A stretch of 64,000 nt of DNA. Source: Escherichia phage EcSzw-2. Within the stretch, counting starts at the first letter, position 1. Each line of letters opens with the position of its first letter. The notes under the pieces were generated by a model. The model worked only from the letters and a program-made list of their open reading frames with translations. It had not been told where the DNA came from and did not search any database. The position numbers were made by a program, and so were the translations under genes. Positions 58,048 through 64,000 of the stretch are shown piece by piece. The stretch lies in sequence record MH791400.1; one strand, given 5' to 3'.

Positions 58048-58512
58048 ATGCAACTCTCTGATAAGGGGCTTGCAGCAATTAAGTTCTTTGAAGGGCTTCG
58101 TCTAGAAGCCTATAAAGACTCTGCTGGAATCCCAACAATCGGGTACGGTACAATCCGTATTGGTGGCAAGCCTGTTACGATGGGCATGAAGATTACTGCT
58201 GCACAAGCTGAACAGTATCTGCTTGCAGATGTTGAAAGCTATGTTGGGGCGGTGAACAAAGCTATCAAGGTTCCAACTTCTCAAAATGAGTTTGATGCTC
58301 TCGTTGTAGAAACTTACAACATCGGTATCACAGCTATGAGAGATTCCACTTTCATCAAGCGTCACAATGCTGGTAACAAAGCTGGCTGTGCTGAAGCTAT
58401 GCAGTGGTGGAACAAGGTAACGGTCAATGGTAAGAAAGAAGTTTCTAAGGGTCTGCAAAACAGACGTCGCTTAGAAGCTAAAATTTATCTTGACGCTGTT
58501 TATCCTAAATAG
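58048..58512 (+). CDS. endolysin, T4 lysozyme-like (glycoside hydrolase family 24)
   Basis: 154 aa; LRLEAYKDSAGIPTIGYGT catalytic-region pattern of phage lysozymes. Confidence 0.8.
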   Translation: MQLSDKGLAAIKFFEGLRLEAYKDSAGIPTIGYGTIRIGGKPVTMGMKITAAQAEQYLLADVESYVGAVNKAIKVPTSQNEFDALVVETYNIGITAMRDSTFIKRHNAGNKAGCAEAMQWWNKVTVNGKKEVSKGLQNRRRLEAKIYLDAVYPK

Positions 58513-58520
58513 TAGATTTA

Positions 58521-58546
58521 GAGGCTCCTTCGGGAGCCTTTTTTAT
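58521..58546 (+). terminator. rho-independent terminator: AGGCTCC-ttcg-GGAGCCT plus TTTTTT
   Basis: Perfect 7-bp stem, tetraloop, T-run 58539-58545. Confidence 0.6.
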
Positions 58547-58550
58547 TTCT

Positions 58551-58961
58551 ATGGAGAAAACTATGAAGATTTGGGCTAGTGATGTTGGAACTTTCAAATA
58601 CACCCGTAGTGGTATGAAGGTTCGTATCAGTGGGAGTAAGATTGTGACCTTTGGAGATAAGGTTTACAGCAAGTTTATTGTTGAGGTGATTGAGCGTTCG
58701 CCTATCACAATTGCTAACAACGCTTTCTATGTAGGTAGCATGTACAACGTGGATGGTGAAGGTATGTTCAGTCCACTTGGTGAGAATGGTTTAGATATTA
58801 TTTCAGAACACCCCTTGACAAGAGAGCAGCTTTCCGGTTACTATAAAAGCCTACTTGAGAAGCAGAAAGCTTTGCATCATGGTGAGGCTAACTACCACAA
58901 CAACCAGTGCATAAAGCTTCTGGATAAGATTGAAAAAGCTGAGAGAGGTTACTATGAGTAA
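58551..58961 (+). CDS. hypothetical protein (136 aa)
   Basis: ORF track. Confidence 0.4.
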   Translation: MEKTMKIWASDVGTFKYTRSGMKVRISGSKIVTFGDKVYSKFIVEVIERSPITIANNAFYVGSMYNVDGEGMFSPLGENGLDIISEHPLTREQLSGYYKSLLEKQKALHHGEANYHNNQCIKLLDKIEKAERGYYE

Positions 58962-59343
58962 AAAGATTCCTGTAATTGTTGATGTATCAGCCCACGGAAG
59001 CATGGGTGAACGTGATGCAGAAGGTACTATATTTCAACATGAAGGGCAGTTAAGGTTGCTCTTCAACAAGAGCGGTAGCATACTGAAGCATGTATATGAT
59101 GATGCAGATGGATGCCCTGTTTTTGGCTGGTGTGGAATAGACTTCCCTCTGTATGCAATCCATTACCCAGACGGTCAGGAAGATTGGACTACACAATCTA
59201 TCTTTGATGAACTGAATGGCATACCTCTGGAGACTAAAGTTGAGAGTAAACCTACAGAATTAACCTTCACATTCATCACTGAAGAGAAAGTTGGTGACAT
59301 TTCTGTTACAGAAGCTATTCAGGTTACACAGGTAATTTGCTAA
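58957..59343 (+). CDS. hypothetical protein (about 128 aa; start at MSKKIPVIV)
   Basis: GAGAGG SD upstream of ATG at 58957; ATGA-type overlap with previous stop. Confidence 0.4.
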   Translation, partial: SKKIPVIVDVSAHGSMGERDAEGTIFQHEGQLRLLFNKSGSILKHVYDDADGCPVFGWCGIDFPLYAIHYPDGQEDWTTQSIFDELNGIPLETKVESKPTELTFTFITEEKVGDISVTEAIQVTQVIC

Positions 59344-59636
59344 TGAGTCGTTTACAGGTTGTCTTTCCGATTTGTGACTTTGTTCTTGAACGAGAGTTCG
59401 ACCTGTACGAAGAAATAACCGATGACATGACTTGGAGTGTCGTTGAAGAGGCTATAAAGAAACTTTATGGTGGCCTCTTAAACCCCGCCAACAAGAAACT
59501 CACCACTAAGCAGGTGTCTGAACCGTACACTACGTATGATGCCTCAAAGACACCTTTTGAGAACACCTGCTTTGAGTTACTTATTGGTGGCAACAAGGTT
59601 AACTATTTCTTCGTCAGGGAATACCGTGATGACTAA
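59337..59636 (+). CDS. hypothetical protein (99 aa)
   Basis: ORF track. Confidence 0.4.
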   Translation: MLMSRLQVVFPICDFVLEREFDLYEEITDDMTWSVVEEAIKKLYGGLLNPANKKLTTKQVSEPYTTYDASKTPFENTCFELLIGGNKVNYFFVREYRDD

Positions 59637-59973
59637 GTTACACGTTGTTGTTTACAAGAGCTTTGCGGATATGCAGAATGCTTTGACTTCACAAGTTGAT
59701 AAGCACCGTTCAAGGCTCTTTATCATGTGTGATTTAGGAGATTACCAGCAGCCTAAAGAGTTTAAATACAAAGATGGTGTCAGAGTCTTACAGTTTGAGG
59801 ATAGCGTAACAGTTTTCGTCAAGCATGACCTTCCAGCAAAACACATAGGTATGTTTGAGTACTACATTTACCGCCATACAAATATGCGTGGTGATGATAT
59901 CAAGATTTCTTCTTTAGAGGTCTTTGAAACTCCTAACACACAACTTAAAAAATATTTAGTGAGGAAACTATAA
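59627..59973 (+). CDS. hypothetical protein (about 115 aa; start at MTKLHVVVYK)
   Basis: ATG at 59627 overlapping upstream stop; the track's longer ORF begins inside the previous gene. Confidence 0.4.
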
Positions 59974-60563
59974 TGTCTGAAGAAGTAAAGCCAGAGAATC
60001 AAGAAGAATTTATGCCACGAGTTACCCTTGTGCAACATTTTGGTAACATTGAAGGTATTCTTGCAGCATTCCAACCAACTGTTAACTCACCTGCAAAGGT
60101 TTGTACAGTGACTATGAACGTTAACAACATCTCTGCGTGTGTTATCGAAGAAGTTCAGTACTTCAAGTATAACGACAAAGAAGTTGATGCAGCACTTTTG
60201 AAGTATCGTGCAACTCTTGACAAGGATATTAACCACCGTGACGTAGTTTCACTGTTTGGTGACTTGCATAAGCTGCTTGAAAAGGTTCTTAAGCGTACAT
60301 ACTACATGAATAGTGGTGCAATCATCACTACGTACATTTCACCTTGCATTACTGAACCAGTTCTGACAGATGATGCACAGTTCTACGTGACTGCTGCTTC
60401 TAGTCCTGATTGGTGGATGAAAAACAATGCTCTGAAGACTGTTGTTGAAGCTATCCGTGAACATATTCCTGGGTTTAGCCCTTGGCGTGGTGCTAAAGAT
60501 GACTTCATCTCCATGCTTGAGAATGAACGAAACAGACGTAGTGCATTACTGCCGAAAAAATAA
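59973..60563 (+). CDS. hypothetical protein (196 aa)
   Basis: ORF track. Confidence 0.45.
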   Translation: MSEEVKPENQEEFMPRVTLVQHFGNIEGILAAFQPTVNSPAKVCTVTMNVNNISACVIEEVQYFKYNDKEVDAALLKYRATLDKDINHRDVVSLFGDLHKLLEKVLKRTYYMNSGAIITTYISPCITEPVLTDDAQFYVTAASSPDWWMKNNALKTVVEAIREHIPGFSPWRGAKDDFISMLENERNRRSALLPKK

Positions 60564-60565
60564 GC

Positions 60566-60594
60566 TTGACAGCAGTATACATGTTTTTATATGA
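60566..60594 (+). promoter_or_regulatory. sigma70-like promoter: TTGACA - 16/17 bp - TATATG
   Basis: Exact -35 at 60566-60571; -10-like TATATG/ATATGA at 60588-60594; upstream of ORF starting at 60642. Confidence 0.45.
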
Positions 60595-60641
60595 TGGGGC
60601 TACTTAATGGTAGTCCCTTTTTCATATGCGAGGAAAGTAAA

Positions 60642-61334
60642 ATGAAAGTACAAAAAGGTGATGTAATAGCTATTCGCGTCCTTCATGGTCTAGCAACAAA
60701 ACATGACACAGTTTATGCTGACGTAACATTTGTATCAGGTAATGGAAGAGTATACTTCAAACCAAGAGCTAATATGCGTTTTCTTGTTGACCGTCGCGGA
60801 AAGGTTGAGAATGGAATCTACGCTGGTCAAGTGTACTCAACCGATGAGTTTGGCAAAGGCATATTCACAGGTGCTTGGCGAGGTATTTTAACACTTGGGC
60901 TATGTACAAGTATGAAATCTGAAGAAGCTGAAGAAGTATGTGAAGAAACCTTTGAAGCACCTGTCATTAATGCTGAAGACCTCCCTAAACATGACTATGG
61001 TGCAGCACGTTTCACAACTAAGGCAGATGCTAATGGGGCAGCTTCAGTAGTTGTCGACAAAGCCCAAGACTTCTTCAAAGCTTTCTCTTCAAGTAACCAA
61101 CATCATCACCACTTCAATCCTCAAACAAAACTTGATTCAGTGTTGACTAGTAAATGTGAAGATGCTAAGAAGTTGGCTAAAGAGGTTTATGAAGCTTCTT
61201 TTACAGCAAGTGAAGTGATTGAAGAGAATCAGTTTGAAAAGGTCATTCGTACAATGATGAAAGCTGGTTTAACACCTCATCAGATTGCTGAAGAGATTCA
61301 ACGTCAGTTCTACAACGCTATGGTGAACGAATGA
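60642..61334 (+). CDS. hypothetical protein (about 230 aa; start at MKVQKGDV)
   Basis: GAGGAAAG SD before ATG at 60642; track ORF starts further upstream without an SD. Confidence 0.45.
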   Translation: MKVQKGDVIAIRVLHGLATKHDTVYADVTFVSGNGRVYFKPRANMRFLVDRRGKVENGIYAGQVYSTDEFGKGIFTGAWRGILTLGLCTSMKSEEAEEVCEETFEAPVINAEDLPKHDYGAARFTTKADANGAASVVVDKAQDFFKAFSSSNQHHHHFNPQTKLDSVLTSKCEDAKKLAKEVYEASFTASEVIEENQFEKVIRTMMKAGLTPHQIAEEIQRQFYNAMVNE

Positions 61335-61552
61335 AAAAATTTACAACACTTGGTGAGTACTGGATGCTTGCTGCTACAGAATCATACAGGAAAGCCAAAA
61401 AGACTAAACAGTGCTATGGTAAGAAAGCTGAAGGTGACATTCTGTACTGCACAGTGTATGATGGAATGCCTCATGTTACACCAAGAGGTAAAGCTTTCAA
61501 ACGTCTGATGGATATTGAGTGGAATGCTCGTTTAGAGAGGGTAGCAAAATGA
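61331..61552 (+). CDS. hypothetical protein (73 aa)
   Basis: ORF track. Confidence 0.4.
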   Translation: MKKFTTLGEYWMLAATESYRKAKKTKQCYGKKAEGDILYCTVYDGMPHVTPRGKAFKRLMDIEWNARLERVAK

Positions 61553-62055
61553 TTTATGAAGATAGCCGTGATGTAATTTCTTATCAGAAATCTCAACACC
61601 ATGTCTCTATCAAGATTGTCAAACCTGATGGTGAAGAAGGTGTTATCTCTCACTTTGGAGGAGACAATTGGTTTGGCACAGGGTGCTTTGAAGGTTACAG
61701 TAAAGAATATCTGAAAGCATTCTACCGAGACTTTAGCAGTGACTACAATGAACTGATTGAAGTGAAGAATAAGTGTACAGCCAGTGAGTACAAAGTCAGG
61801 GGTTGGGCTGGAATGATTCTGATGCTTGGCATTTTCCTTCTGATGATTTGTGCAATCTCCTTCATGGGCTTCTACACCCAAGATTTAACACTGAATCAGA
61901 CCGAAAAGAAAATAGGTGAAATTTGGTTCTTGTATGTCCTTCCAATTGCTGGTATGATTGCTGCCTATTGGAGAATGAAGGTTCATAAGAAACGACTTGT
62001 GGATGCTGAGAATAAATTTGAAGAGGTAAGTAAAGAATGCAACCTAAGATTTTAG
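61549..62055 (+). CDS. hypothetical membrane protein (about 168 aa; start at MIYEDSRDV)
   Basis: GAGGG SD before ATG at 61549; hydrophobic helix GMILMLGIFLLMICAISFMGFY. Confidence 0.4.
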   Translation: MIYEDSRDVISYQKSQHHVSIKIVKPDGEEGVISHFGGDNWFGTGCFEGYSKEYLKAFYRDFSSDYNELIEVKNKCTASEYKVRGWAGMILMLGIFLLMICAISFMGFYTQDLTLNQTEKKIGEIWFLYVLPIAGMIAAYWRMKVHKKRLVDAENKFEEVSKECNLRF

Positions 62056-62129
62056 CTGTATGTATCCGCTATGCAATTGCTGATATGATTAATCAAGCAA
62101 TCCTGAAAGATGCTTATAAGGAGTGATAA

Positions 62130-62357
62130 ATGATTAAGACACCTATCCAGCCATTCGGCTTTAGCTCTCTTAACGAACTGAAAGAGCACCTTGATAAGAA
62201 CTACTACAACGAACAACCTGTAACGGTTCTTAAAGCTGACCTTTCAAAACTTCTGGACATGGCTATTGAAGCTACTGTAGAATCAAAACCAGAAGTTGAG
62301 AAGAAAGCTGAAAAGAAAACGAAGAAGACTGAGAAGAAATCTGAGGATTCTGAGTAA
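62130..62357 (+). CDS. hypothetical protein (75 aa) with Lys/Glu-rich tail
   Basis: ORF track. Confidence 0.4.
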   Translation: MIKTPIQPFGFSSLNELKEHLDKNYYNEQPVTVLKADLSKLLDMAIEATVESKPEVEKKAEKKTKKTEKKSEDSE

Positions 62358-62410
62358 AATCTTGAAGGGGTTACTTGATAGCCCCTCTTAACCAAACAAG
62401 GTAGCGAAAA

Positions 62411-62824
62411 ATGAAACACATAGTTGGTAAAGTTCTGAATGTCAAACATATATTGACTGGTGAGCATATAACTTCTGTCAAAGTTCAGAAAGTAAATGAT
62501 GATGCTAACTACCCAATCTACTGTACTGTCATTGAAGATTTCATGGCTGCTGGTTTCCATCATGCAGAAGGTGAGTACTTAACGTTTGATAAAGAAGGTA
62601 AGTGGCGTGGCAAAAATCATTCAGATGCAAGTGATTTTGATATGATTCTGGATATTCCGTCAGGTGATTCTAAAACTGTTGAAATCTTGATGAGTGACTA
62701 TGAAGAACAAGTTATGAAGGTTGCTGTAGACGTTGATATGGCTGTTGAACTGCTTTTACCACATCTGAAATCTGGTAAACTCTCTTTAGAAACTTTTGAG
62801 AAGATTGTTAAGGGTAAACTATGA
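62411..62824 (+). CDS. hypothetical protein (137 aa)
   Basis: ORF track. Confidence 0.4.
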   Translation: MKHIVGKVLNVKHILTGEHITSVKVQKVNDDANYPIYCTVIEDFMAAGFHHAEGEYLTFDKEGKWRGKNHSDASDFDMILDIPSGDSKTVEILMSDYEEQVMKVAVDVDMAVELLLPHLKSGKLSLETFEKIVKGKL

Positions 62825-63288
62825 AACTTAAAGAAATCGTTCGCAAAGCAATGCTGGACAACTCCACTAAAGATGAGATGTACAAAGAAATCTGTGATAA
62901 GTTGAACTGTTCAAGACATGCTGCCAAGGTTCTTGTCGCAAGTTTTATCTGGGAGTGTTCAGAGGCTTATATGAACTATACAGCTTTTGAGAGTTCTCAC
63001 TTGATAGGCGACATAAAGGTTGGTACAGAGTTCAAAGAGCCTGAAATGAAACCTTCAGTGAAAGTAGGTAACCTTTATCAGATTAAAGATTTCCAGACTG
63101 CACAGATTGTTGCAAAAGGTGAAGTAGAAGCTGTGTACAATGATGGTACATACCTCATTAAAATCTTTGAGTATGCTAAGTCATATGCTCACCTTTGTGG
63201 AATAAGATTTCTTGTGACGAAAGAAGATTTAGTTATGTCATCTGGTGATAAAGCTTATGCTGTACCACATTATGAAATTGTACGATGA
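62821..63288 (+). CDS. hypothetical protein (155 aa)
   Basis: ORF track. Confidence 0.4.
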   Translation: MKLKEIVRKAMLDNSTKDEMYKEICDKLNCSRHAAKVLVASFIWECSEAYMNYTAFESSHLIGDIKVGTEFKEPEMKPSVKVGNLYQIKDFQTAQIVAKGEVEAVYNDGTYLIKIFEYAKSYAHLCGIRFLVTKEDLVMSSGDKAYAVPHYEIVR

Positions 63289-63968
63289 AGAGTCTTATGG
63301 GACACCTTCGCAGGATGAATTGGACGAACTTGAAAGATACGGTTCTCCTTCGGAAGAAGAAAAAGATTCAATCTGATGAATGGTCAAAACTTACTAAGAA
63401 GTGTTTTCAGGATTTGATAGATATGGAAAAACAATTTGAGTTAGAGAGAAAGTACTTGGTACTGAGTTTGGAAGATATTGATAACTATCTTTCACCAGAA
63501 TGCAGAGACCAGCTTCAACAAATTGTAATGTCACTGAGGCATTCAAGAGAACTTGTAGATGGTAAAGAGCCACTTGAAGGTATCTTTGTTAAGAACTCTT
63601 ATCCGTTCTATAAAGATACTTTGCAGAAACTTGAAATGTACGTTAAACAGCAGAATCGTAAAGAGTTCACTATGGTTTCTCTTGGTGGACAACAAATGCT
63701 TGTTATGGAGGATATCAATCCTAAACGAGTTAACAGAGGTGTTTGTATCAAGGTCACAGGTAAAGAAGAATTTGTTGATTATGACATACTCAGACATATT
63801 ATAGATGGTTTGGGTGCTGTACTGAACATGAATGAATACCATATTAGTTCACACCCAATTAAGGGTGACCAGATAATGATTCAGGTAAGAGAACGTCATA
63901 ATGGGTTCACACACTTCTTCCAGACTTCTAAAACTTCATTGCAAGCTATGCTTAGTGAAGTGATGTAA
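63285..63968 (+). CDS. hypothetical protein (227 aa)
   Basis: ORF track. Confidence 0.4.
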   Translation: MKSLMGHLRRMNWTNLKDTVLLRKKKKIQSDEWSKLTKKCFQDLIDMEKQFELERKYLVLSLEDIDNYLSPECRDQLQQIVMSLRHSRELVDGKEPLEGIFVKNSYPFYKDTLQKLEMYVKQQNRKEFTMVSLGGQQMLVMEDINPKRVNRGVCIKVTGKEEFVDYDILRHIIDGLGAVLNMNEYHISSHPIKGDQIMIQVRERHNGFTHFFQTSKTSLQAMLSEVM

Positions 63969-64000
63969 AACTCTACAGCCCCTTAAAATGGATTCGATAG

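Overview
The window reads as a contiguous piece of a large lytic tailed-phage genome with a contractile-tail (myovirus-type) structural module; I saw no host genes, integrase or attachment-site signature. Layout: (1) 1-14944, minus strand: nucleotide-metabolism and replication genes (nrdD partial, glutaredoxin-like, nrdB, nrdA, two adjacent homing-endonuclease genes, FEN-type exonuclease, SSB-like protein, T7-type primase-helicase, dNMP kinase). (2) 15202-23924, plus strand: family-A DNA polymerase, ATP-dependent DNA ligase, small ORFs, HTH regulator, frd and td. (3) 23964-47728, minus strand: morphogenesis module (two His-box tail fibres, baseplate, tape measure, sheath, tube, lambda-like head genes, portal, large terminase). 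(4) 47951-53756, minus strand: a dense array of about 28 tRNA or tRNA-like genes that by my manual folding covers all 20 amino acids, with embedded ORFs, an HNH endonuclease and repeated spacer motifs. (5) 53924-55792, minus strand: a vWA-domain gene whose N-terminus is split off by a 55-nt interruption flanked by a 12-nt direct repeat, the most unusual signal I found. (6) 56183-63968, plus strand: tightly packed small ORFs plus a T4-lysozyme-like endolysin. The mix of a T7-like replisome with T4-like nucleotide metabolism and a large tRNA set resembles Felix O1-like myoviruses, but that is an inference from memory. All calls come from reading the sequence and the ORF track by eye; no searches or structure predictions were run, tRNA anticodons are hand-folded, and coordinates of RNA and regulatory features may be off by a few bases.
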